DNA from: Bdellovibrionales bacterium
GTDB taxonomy: Bacteria; Bdellovibrionota; Bdellovibrionia; Bdellovibrionales; JAGQZY01
Assembly: GCA_964230645.1 (NCBI GenBank)
Contig: CAXRHT010000003.1
Coordinates: 32,001 to 96,000, forward strand
Length of the DNA: 64,000 nt
Direction of reading: 5' to 3'
The notes beneath the pieces were generated by a model. It saw only the letters and a list, made by a program, of their open reading frames with translations, was not told where the DNA came from and did not search any database. The number at the start of each line of letters is the position of its first letter. Positions within the stretch are counted from its first letter, which is position 1. Positions 9,698 through 17,492 of the stretch are shown here, piece by piece. Both the position numbers and the translations under genes were made by a program.

Positions 9698-10423
9698 ATG
9701 AATATCCAGACCGCCTACCACGACTCAGTCGACTCGGAAGAAAACAAACTCGAGCTTGTTAAGTCAACGCAACTTAACTCTGTCGATTTTAAAACGATCG
9801 AGAAATCGATTTTAAAATCCCAACGTTGTCAAAGAAACTGGGATTTATCGAAGCAACTCTCTGAAGAGCAACTCAATCTTATCTTAACCGCGGCCACGGA
9901 ATGCCCCACCAAACAGAATATTCCATTTTACTGTGTAAAAGTGGTTCAAGACCGTGAAACTATCGAAGCTATTTATAATGAAACTTATGGGCCCAACCCA
10001 GACCCATCCACAGGTGGTAAGAGAAACCCTCAAGTGTTAGCTAACACTGTTCTTGTTTTTTGTGAGTATGATTACAGATCCGATTCAGGTAACAGAAATC
10101 CAGAAACAGCCATGTCTGCTGAGGAAGCTGGAGAGTATGAGAAACTTATCTTAGACCAAGATCTCCATCAAGCCATCGGAATTGCTTCCGGTTATGTAAA
10201 TCTTGTATCAAGCATGATTGGGCTTCAAACGGGTTGTTGTAAATGTATGGACAGTGAGAAGGTTAGAGAAATCCTAGGAGCTGACAGCACAGAAACCCCT
10301 CGTTTGATCATGGGAATTGGCTTCGGGGACAAAAGTAAACCCAGAAGAGAGCATCAAGTTACCGGTGAAATGGTCGGAAGCTTCAATAAACGTGTAAAAG
10401 TCGATATCATTCAAAAAAATTAA
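9698..10423 (+). CDS. nitroreductase-family flavoprotein, Cys-rich
   Basis: SQRCQRNWD (R-x-x-R-x-aromatic FMN-binding start), AATECPTKQN (APSxxN equivalent), GIASGYVNLVSSMIGLQTG, IMGIGFG; GGAGG RBS. Confidence 0.8.
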   Translation: MNIQTAYHDSVDSEENKLELVKSTQLNSVDFKTIEKSILKSQRCQRNWDLSKQLSEEQLNLILTAATECPTKQNIPFYCVKVVQDRETIEAIYNETYGPNPDPSTGGKRNPQVLANTVLVFCEYDYRSDSGNRNPETAMSAEEAGEYEKLILDQDLHQAIGIASGYVNLVSSMIGLQTGCCKCMDSEKVREILGADSTETPRLIMGIGFGDKSKPRREHQVTGEMVGSFNKRVKVDIIQKN

Positions 10424-10430
10424 GTTTTAA

Positions 10431-10466
10431 AGTCCCGACGAAACCCTTTTGTCGGGACTCTTTCTC
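10431..10466 (+). terminator. probable intrinsic terminator after the nitroreductase
   Basis: Perfect 9-bp stem AGTCCCGAC / GTCGGGACT followed by a pyrimidine-rich tract. Confidence 0.65.
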
Positions 10467-10525
10467 CAAATAGTCGAATTCAAAAAATTTTTTCTAGCTA
10501 GAAAAAATTGTGTTATAAATTTGGA

Positions 10526-11581
10526 ATGTACCTCAGTTTAGACCAAATTTCCCAGATTCAACTCGACCACACCTCCCGGTGTAATTTAGGCTGTCCTCAA
10601 TGTGCCCGCACCCTAAGAGGCTGGAGTAAGACACCTGAGAACCAAAATATCGATCTGTCTCTAGACGATTACAAAATCATTTTTGAGCCTCTTTCTGAAG
10701 GCCTCAAAGTTTTTCATTGCGGAAATTACGGCGACGCTATTGCGAGCCCTACTTTTAATGAGACATTCACCTACACACTCAATCAAAAGCCTCGTGAAAT
10801 AAAAATTGCTACTAACGGATCTTTACGTAGTGAAGATTGGTGGAAAGAACTCGCGCAAGAGGGTGGCGACAAACTCGTCATTGATTTTGCTATAGATGGC
10901 CTCGAAGACACTCATTCCATTTATCGCGTGGGTTCTCGATGGAGCAAACTAATGAAAAACGTCCAGGCCTTTATTAATGCCGGAGGTAAAGCCAACTGGA
11001 ACTTTTTAGAATTTGAGCACAATTACCACCAAGCTGAAGAAGCTAAAAAGATGGCAAAGGATATGGGATTTAAAGCCTTCCGCTTAAAATCCACAGGACG
11101 CTTTGTGGATGAGGAACGTAACAAGAAAGGCAAGGCCGCTGAAGAGTTGAAAGAGGTCAGCGACAGTCAGCTTCGAAAACAATATAACAAGGTGACTGCC
11201 AAAGAAAGTTTTGAGCAATATATCGAAAAGACTGAGATCTCATGTAAGTTTCTCGCTCAAAGGTCCGTATTTATAGATATGAACATGACTCTATGGCCCT
11301 GCTGTTGGTTTGGCGTCCTCCCTTATATGCATCCCGACGCGGACATAAGAAATGGTTATAATGAAATTTTAGAAAAATACGGCTCTGACTTTTTAAATAT
11401 GAGAAAATATGGTTGGTCAATTTTGAATCACGACTTTTACGAAAAACACCTAGAGAAAAGTTGGGACCCCTCTAATTTAGATTTTCCGAAAATTTTCATG
11501 TGCGGAAAAACATGTGGACAAAAATACGAGCATAGCAGTGGTTATGGCCCAAATCTGAAGCAGGAAAATCTAAGGCCTTAA
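10526..11581 (+). CDS. radical SAM protein with C-terminal twitch/SPASM-like domain
   Basis: CNLGCPQC, IATNGS, FAIDGL, WPCCW, CGKTC. ATG 10526 preferred over TTG 10508 by N-terminal alignment with paralogs. Confidence 0.9.
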   Translation: MYLSLDQISQIQLDHTSRCNLGCPQCARTLRGWSKTPENQNIDLSLDDYKIIFEPLSEGLKVFHCGNYGDAIASPTFNETFTYTLNQKPREIKIATNGSLRSEDWWKELAQEGGDKLVIDFAIDGLEDTHSIYRVGSRWSKLMKNVQAFINAGGKANWNFLEFEHNYHQAEEAKKMAKDMGFKAFRLKSTGRFVDEERNKKGKAAEELKEVSDSQLRKQYNKVTAKESFEQYIEKTEISCKFLAQRSVFIDMNMTLWPCCWFGVLPYMHPDADIRNGYNEILEKYGSDFLNMRKYGWSILNHDFYEKHLEKSWDPSNLDFPKIFMCGKTCGQKYEHSSGYGPNLKQENLRP

Positions 11582-11654
11582 AAAGGTGAAGCCATGAAAT
11601 GGATAATGGTTGCTTTAACCAGGTAACCTAAGAAAGAATGAAGCCGAGGTTTAA

Positions 11655-12905
11655 ATGTTTAATTTTCTGAAGAAAAACAAGAGTAATATCACCCCTCCCT
11701 GTAGTCGGATGTGGGAAGATATACTTATAAATTCTACTCAACAAGAAATGCGAACATGTTGCTATCGAACCGGAACCAACCTCAAAGTTGAGGAGATAAA
11801 AAAATTAGGCCCAGATGTTTTTAACCATCATCCCGATATCTTGAAAGACAAAAAAGAATTCACCTCTACAAATTCAATCCCAGATTCTTGTCATTTCTGC
11901 CAAGTGAATTGGAAAAATCGGGAAAGCATCATTTATAATAAATGGCGGCAAAAAGATTTCAGTAATAAAGAGCTCAAAGCACTCGCAACGGCCGATAGAA
12001 TAGCTCGTATTGAAATTTATTTTGGGAACACTTGTAATCTGGCTTGCATCTATTGCAACAAAGAACATAGTACCAAATGGGCCGGACTTCTAGGGGAGAA
12101 AACTAGGGAAAATAAAGAGTGGAAGCAGGAGATGCTTTCAGCACTTTTCCAGTACCTTGAGAGAAGACTAAAAAGTAAAAATAACGCCCCTATGGAATTT
12201 CGCTTTGGGGGAGGTGAGCCTTTCCTCAATCAGGGATTTTTCGAAACTTTAGACAAGATCATTAAAATACATCGCGATTCTGGTAGCAAACAGCCGGGAA
12301 ATAAAGTGACTGTTTTAAGTAATCTCAGTTTCGATACCTCACTGGTCGATCGATTTATCGATGTCGCTGATCAAAATCCTGATTGGACCTGGGTTGTTTC
12401 TGGAAGTGTCGATGCCATGGGAACTAAGGGAGAAGCCATCCGAAGCGGCCTTGATTTCAATAAATTTTCCGAAAACTTCAACCGTTTGGCTGAATGTAAA
12501 AATGTTCTGGTCGAAATTCTCCCCTCTTTAAATTCCCTCAGCCTCTCAGAAACTCCCAATTTACTAGCATGGTCTTTAGATATAATTCGAAAACATAAAA
12601 TTCCGCCTGAAATGTTCGACTACGGGGAACATCTGATCACCTATCCGCAAGAATTACATATCTCCACTTTACCCTCAAAGTACGTGTCTGCACTTGATGA
12701 ATGTATACAGACAATTGAGGGGACTGAATTGCATAGGAAAACCCATTTTTTTCACCGACTAAAACCAATTATAGGATCCCGCAGAGGTCCAAAAGATCTT
12801 GAGCAAGTCGATTTGTTTTTTAAATTTATGGCTAAAACTCATAAGGTCAACTACCAAGAAGTTTTCCCTATTTTAAACGAGATACTTGATCCAGAAATTG
12901 CTTAG
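11655..12905 (+). CDS. radical SAM protein with N-terminal twitch-like domain
   Basis: PCSRMW...TCC...CHFC, then CNLACIYC, GGGEPF, SVDA. Confidence 0.9.
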   Translation: MFNFLKKNKSNITPPCSRMWEDILINSTQQEMRTCCYRTGTNLKVEEIKKLGPDVFNHHPDILKDKKEFTSTNSIPDSCHFCQVNWKNRESIIYNKWRQKDFSNKELKALATADRIARIEIYFGNTCNLACIYCNKEHSTKWAGLLGEKTRENKEWKQEMLSALFQYLERRLKSKNNAPMEFRFGGGEPFLNQGFFETLDKIIKIHRDSGSKQPGNKVTVLSNLSFDTSLVDRFIDVADQNPDWTWVVSGSVDAMGTKGEAIRSGLDFNKFSENFNRLAECKNVLVEILPSLNSLSLSETPNLLAWSLDIIRKHKIPPEMFDYGEHLITYPQELHISTLPSKYVSALDECIQTIEGTELHRKTHFFHRLKPIIGSRRGPKDLEQVDLFFKFMAKTHKVNYQEVFPILNEILDPEIA

Positions 12906-12908
12906 TCT

Positions 12909-14129
12909 TTATGCCAATTCATTCCAAAGGTGATTGAACTCTGGAGAAAGATTTAAGAAATCCATCTCCTTTTCTTTCTCAGATTGTTTCGTGTGGTATA
13001 TAAACAGCTTGGCTAATTTTGGATCAAATTTGGTGTTTCGAACTGTCTCTTTGAGTTCAATTATCTTTCGGTGATAAACATTATTTTCGTTCAACTTGAG
13101 ATTCGAAATTTTTTGTATAGCTATTTCCTTTAACTCCGGTGTTAAAACTCTTAAAGACATTATATCGGGATTGTTAACAATTCCCAAACTTAGTCTAAAC
13201 CCGAACTTTTCATGCAGAGGAAGCCACCAATTCACAAACTCATCAATATTTAAAATATTGTAGGCCGAAATAGTATTGTGAATCGAAATCCCCATACTAG
13301 GATGGGATTTATGATATTTAAAGATATTGGTTTCTACATCCTCTTTTAAATCGTAGTTACCATCTCTAATATAGGAGAATAAGGGGTCCACAGCATCTAT
13401 TGAAAAATAGAGATCAATATGTTTAAAACTTTGCCACAAATCGACAATCTCTTGATTATATACAGTACCATTGGTGAAGTAAGTTAATAGAATACTTGGA
13501 GCCTTACTTTGCAATTGCCTTAGTAATTCAGCGTGGCCTTTATATAGAAGTGGTTCGCCACCTTTGAATTCGATGTGATCGAGATTATTTGAAAAATTAA
13601 AGATTTGATTTATATTTTCAAAATCTTGATGGTAGACACCCGGGGTCTGGGACCAAAAATTTTCGTAAAATTTTTGATCCACAGTTTTAAGCTGCTTTTC
13701 TTTTTTTATCCATTGAGTTGAGGTTCCAGAATTACAGTACTCGCAAGCAAGATTGCATTTATTGGAAAGGCATAGATCTAATTTTTGAAGATCTTCTTTT
13801 CTTGCAGAATGATCGTATTCACTTTGTTTGGGTTTAGATACTAAAGATTCGGAAAAGTATTGCCTTAGGGATTTAAAACTATTTGATTCGTTTAAAAAAC
13901 AGCTTTTACAACTTATTGGGAGAGCACCACTCAAAAAGGTCTGTCTTATTTCCTTCGCTTTCCCACCGTTAAAGATTTCCTCGAAAGTCTTGCCCTCACT
14001 GGGGGAACCTATACTCTCCCAGTTGTTACAGCACACACGGTAGGGACCGCTTGGATCAACGTAGAGAGAATGCCAAGGAGCATAACAGAATTGCTCATTT
14101 TCCTTTTCGTTTTCTATTTTATCTCCCAA
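12909..14129 (-). CDS. radical SAM protein with N-terminal twitch-like domain
   Basis: FCYAPW...VCC...CKSC, then CNLACEYC, KGGEPL, FTNGT, SIDA. Confidence 0.9.
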   Translation of the reverse strand: MGDKIENEKENEQFCYAPWHSLYVDPSGPYRVCCNNWESIGSPSEGKTFEEIFNGGKAKEIRQTFLSGALPISCKSCFLNESNSFKSLRQYFSESLVSKPKQSEYDHSARKEDLQKLDLCLSNKCNLACEYCNSGTSTQWIKKEKQLKTVDQKFYENFWSQTPGVYHQDFENINQIFNFSNNLDHIEFKGGEPLLYKGHAELLRQLQSKAPSILLTYFTNGTVYNQEIVDLWQSFKHIDLYFSIDAVDPLFSYIRDGNYDLKEDVETNIFKYHKSHPSMGISIHNTISAYNILNIDEFVNWWLPLHEKFGFRLSLGIVNNPDIMSLRVLTPELKEIAIQKISNLKLNENNVYHRKIIELKETVRNTKFDPKLAKLFIYHTKQSEKEKEMDFLNLSPEFNHLWNELA

Positions 14130-14334
14130 AAATCGATTAAATTTAAACAGTTACGATGGTAGCAGATAGCCTACAAAATGTACAACTGGTCAATGAAGCA
14201 GATCTTATAAAAACTAAAATTATTGTGCTTCTCGCCATTTCCTCGGCCTAAGCTTAGATTCAAAAACTTTCCTCCTCTTGGCAGCTAGTTCACACTAGAT
14301 ATTTGCGAATCTTTTTTTTTTAACTTAAGCTAAG

Positions 14335-15606
14335 ATGAACCTTCCAGGAACTGGTATTGTCATGGCCGATATTACTGAAAACACAGGCATAACACTTCCC
14401 CCATGCAGTCAAATGTGGAACCAAATTATGATCAATTCAATGGGCCAGTTTTTACGGACCTGTTGGGATCGCATAGGGACAGAAATTAGTATTGAAGAGA
14501 TTGAAAAATTCGGACCTGATGTATTCACTCTACATCCAGATATTTTAAAAGATCGAAAACACTTTTTAACTAAGGACTCTCTTCCCGATAAGTGTTTAGT
14601 TTGTAAATTCAATTGGCCCAGTAGAGCCGAAAATCTCCACAACAGATGGAAAGAAAAATCTTTTACCCATTGGGAATTAAAGGATCTCGAAACAGCCGAC
14701 CTCATTCAACGTTTTGAGATCTATTATGGGAAGACATGTAATTTAGCCTGTGTCTATTGTAATAAGGAACATTCGACTCGTTGGGAAGCTCTATTAAACC
14801 ATGTAACCCCTGATAATCCCGAGTGGCGAGAAGCTATCCTTAAAGCCCTTTATCAGTATCTTGAAAGACGCATCCGAAGTGGCAATCGAGAACCTCTTGA
14901 TTTTCGTTTTGGTGGGGGCGAGCCTTTTCTTAATCCCGGCTATTTTGAAACACTAGAATCCATTCTAGAAATTTATTCGGAAAATAATATTCATATAGAA
15001 GGCAATACAATCTCCGTTTTATCAAATCTCAGTTATCCTCATTCTCTAATGGAACGTTATATTGAGCTTGCTAACAATCACCCAAGTTGGAAATGGATCG
15101 TCTCTGGTAGTATCGACGCTTTAGGAAGCGTTGGTGAGAATTTACGAACAGGACTGGAGATTGAAAAATTTAAAAAGAACCTAGAGTTATTAGCCAAACA
15201 AAAAAATATAATCATCGAAATTATGCCTTCGATCAGTTCCATTAGTTTTCCTGAAACTCCTGAACTTTTAGAGTGGTTACTAAAGTTTGCTGATGAACAT
15301 GGTATTTCTAATAACCGTTTAGATTTAAGTGAAAACCTTATCACCAATCCCTATGCCCTAAATGTTTCCACTCTCCCTGAGAAATACAAAGAGGTGGTTG
15401 ACCATTGTTTAGAGATTGTCCGGGGAACCCGCTTTGAGCATAAATCTCTTTATTTCGAGAAAATTCGCTCCCGTATTGGAACCAGAAGACAGCCCGAACA
15501 TTTAGATGAGATTCGATTAGAAATGACTCAGTTCGGGTACGCTCAAAGAAAAAACTATTTCGAACTCTTTCCCATTTTATCTGACATCTTAGACCCTTCA
15601 CTTTAA
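14335..15606 (+). CDS. radical SAM protein with N-terminal twitch-like domain, paralog of 11655..12905
   Basis: PCSQMW...TCW...CLVC, then CNLACVYC, FRFGGGEPFLN, SIDA. Confidence 0.9.
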   Translation: MNLPGTGIVMADITENTGITLPPCSQMWNQIMINSMGQFLRTCWDRIGTEISIEEIEKFGPDVFTLHPDILKDRKHFLTKDSLPDKCLVCKFNWPSRAENLHNRWKEKSFTHWELKDLETADLIQRFEIYYGKTCNLACVYCNKEHSTRWEALLNHVTPDNPEWREAILKALYQYLERRIRSGNREPLDFRFGGGEPFLNPGYFETLESILEIYSENNIHIEGNTISVLSNLSYPHSLMERYIELANNHPSWKWIVSGSIDALGSVGENLRTGLEIEKFKKNLELLAKQKNIIIEIMPSISSISFPETPELLEWLLKFADEHGISNNRLDLSENLITNPYALNVSTLPEKYKEVVDHCLEIVRGTRFEHKSLYFEKIRSRIGTRRQPEHLDEIRLEMTQFGYAQRKNYFELFPILSDILDPSL

Positions 15607-15661
15607 GGGGCTTATTGAATTAGATCACAATTTAGTTCGAAGGGTTTCAATGGGTAAGATA

Positions 15662-15699
15662 AGATTCTTCGCTTCGCTCAGAATGACAGGGAATGACGG
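15662..15699 (-). repeat. single TGTC-tagged REP-like hairpin plus a partial unit
   Basis: Reverse complement of 15662-15688 is TGTCATTCTGAGCGAAGCGAAGAATCT, matching the arms at 43032-43086; a short GAATGAC unit follows. Confidence 0.7.
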
Positions 15700-15708
15700 T
15701 GAAGGAAA

Positions 15709-15799
15709 TGGCGGAGAGGGTGAGATTCGAACTCACGGAACGCTATAAACGCTCGCCGGTTTTCAAGACCGGTGCATTCAACCACTCTGCCACCTCTCC
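15709..15799 (-). tRNA. tRNA-Ser (anticodon UGA)
   Basis: GGAGAGG acceptor stem, anticodon arm CCGGT-CTTGAAA-ACCGG, long variable arm, GTTCGAATC T-loop, encoded CCA end. Confidence 0.97.
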
Positions 15800-15903
15800 G
15801 CGGCGATAAATTGTAAGATTCAAATATTTAGCATAAATCCCGAGTGGTTCCAGCAATTTTGAGCCAGATTCGGGATTTAGATGCATCCTGTCAAAAGACT
15901 CTT

Positions 15904-17190
15904 CTATGAGTTCGCTTTGATTTCATTAGATCCGAAATACTTTTGCAAAACTGAGGGGATCTTAATGGAGCCATCTTCTTGTTGATAGTTCTCTATGATT
16001 GCAATCACCGTTCGTCCAATAGCAAGTCCTGAGCCATTGAGAGTGTGCACGTATTGCGGTTTTCCTCCCCCTTTTGGCTTAAAGCGAGTGTTAACCCTTC
16101 TGGCTTGAAAATCTTCGAAATTTGAGCAGGAGCTGATTTCTCGATAGTCGTTTTCGCCTGGTAGCCAAACCTCTAGGTCGTAACATTTCGCCGCACCAAA
16201 GCTTATGTCACCACTACAAAGGGTGGAGACTCGGTAATGAAGCTCAAGACGCTTTAACACTTCCTCAGCATTTTGTGTGAGACGATCATGCTCCTCATAG
16301 GATCGGTCCGGGTGCACGAACGTCATTAGTTCCACTTTTTCAAACTGGTGCTGTCTAATTAAGCCCTTTGTGTCTTTTCCGTAGCTACCCGCTTCGGACC
16401 TAAAACAAGAAGAATAGGCAGCAAACCTTTGAGGTAGGTCTTCTTCTTTAAGGGTTTCACCCCGATAATAATTGGTCATTGGCGCTTCAGCTGTTGGGAT
16501 CAAGTAATAGGGAAAGTTTTTTAAATGAAAAACATCTTCCTGGAATTTAGGAAACTGACCCGTACCGTACATACTCTCGGTGTTTACAATGTATGGAGGA
16601 AGCACCTCTCGGTAACCATTCTGCTCGGTATGTAAATCGAGCATAAAGTTAGCGAGCGCTCGCTCCAATCGAGCACCGGCCCCCATAAGAAAGGAAAATC
16701 TCGCTCCTGCGACTTTAGAAGCTCTTTCAAAATCCACTATCCCTAAATTTTCTGCGATCTCGTGATGGGGTTTAGGCTTGAATGAAAACTCTGGAGCTGT
16801 TCCATTATCCCTTTCCACCCGATTGTCTTTTTCAGATCGTCCCTCAGGCACGGATTCGTGCAATTTATTCGGGAGTTGCATTAAAAGCTCATCAAGTTCT
16901 GATTTCGTTTTTTCAAAATCTTCTTCTATGGACTTTATTTCTGTTTTCATTTCTTGAACAGCAGCCATTTCATCTTCGGCAGACTCGCCCGCCTTTTTTT
17001 TCTGCCCGATGACCGCACTTAATTTTTTCTGCTCGTTTTTTTTAACATCGATAGAGTGTGTCTTTTCTTTTCTAGCCTCATTAAGGGTTAACACCTTTTC
17101 AAGGACCGATTCGTCGGCTCCACGGGCTTTCAAACTTTTTTTGTAATCACTAAGATATTGGTCGTCTTCAAGATTTTTTATATAAATCAT
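15904..17190 (-). CDS. serS: seryl-tRNA synthetase
   Basis: N-terminal coiled coil, [47 protein letters not shown]. Confidence 0.98.
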   Translation of the reverse strand: MIYIKNLEDDQYLSDYKKSLKARGADESVLEKVLTLNEARKEKTHSIDVKKNEQKKLSAVIGQKKKAGESAEDEMAAVQEMKTEIKSIEEDFEKTKSELDELLMQLPNKLHESVPEGRSEKDNRVERDNGTAPEFSFKPKPHHEIAENLGIVDFERASKVAGARFSFLMGAGARLERALANFMLDLHTEQNGYREVLPPYIVNTESMYGTGQFPKFQEDVFHLKNFPYYLIPTAEAPMTNYYRGETLKEEDLPQRFAAYSSCFRSEAGSYGKDTKGLIRQHQFEKVELMTFVHPDRSYEEHDRLTQNAEEVLKRLELHYRVSTLCSGDISFGAAKCYDLEVWLPGENDYREISSCSNFEDFQARRVNTRFKPKGGGKPQYVHTLNGSGLAIGRTVIAIIENYQQEDGSIKIPSVLQKYFGSNEIKANS

Positions 17191-17195
17191 TTCAA

Positions 17196-17492
17196 TTATG
17201 CTCCAGGTGCCATTTTAACGTACATTTGTAGTAGGGCTCCAATCAAAATACATACAAGGTTGAGTATAACAACCGAGAAAAAGCCCCAGCCTTTTGTTAC
17301 TCTCACAATCGCTCCTGTCATCAAAACAATGATGAAGAAGAATAAAAAATTTTCAAAAGCGAAGATCATCTGAAAGAAGTGGGCAAAAACTAGGCCTATC
17401 CAACCGCCTGTCACAACTCGAGCCACATAGGTTCCAAAGTCTCCTGAAGACTTTTTCACCTGAAATTGAACTTTGTTGATCATCTCACCCAT
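17196..17492 (-). CDS. small integral membrane protein
   Basis: Three hydrophobic segments; coupled to both flanking genes; ATG 17492 follows GGAG. Confidence 0.75.
   Translation of the reverse strand: MGEMINKVQFQVKKSSGDFGTYVARVVTGGWIGLVFAHFFQMIFAFENFLFFFIIVLMTGAIVRVTKGWGFFSVVILNLVCILIGALLQMYVKMAPGA

Noticed and set aside
1..15606. Known pathway assignment (PQQ, heme d1/Ahb, Moco, anaerobic sulfatase maturation, queuosine)
   Set aside because: None of the required partner genes (pqqA-D, nir/ahb, moaC, sulfatase, queCD) is in the window and the architectures do not fit.
1..15606. Prophage or ICE
   Set aside because: No integrase, structural, replication or conjugation genes and no att duplication are visible in the window.
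15709..15799. tRNA-Sec or suppressor tRNA linked to the radical SAM block
   Set aside because: The anticodon is UGA (reads UCA, Ser), not UCA; the acceptor stem is a normal 7 bp; I saw no ORF in the block that appears split at a TGA.
15834..15879. 10-bp inverted repeat TAAATCCCGA/TCGGGATTTA between serS and the tRNA
   Set aside because: 26-nt loop and no U-tract; no function can be supported.
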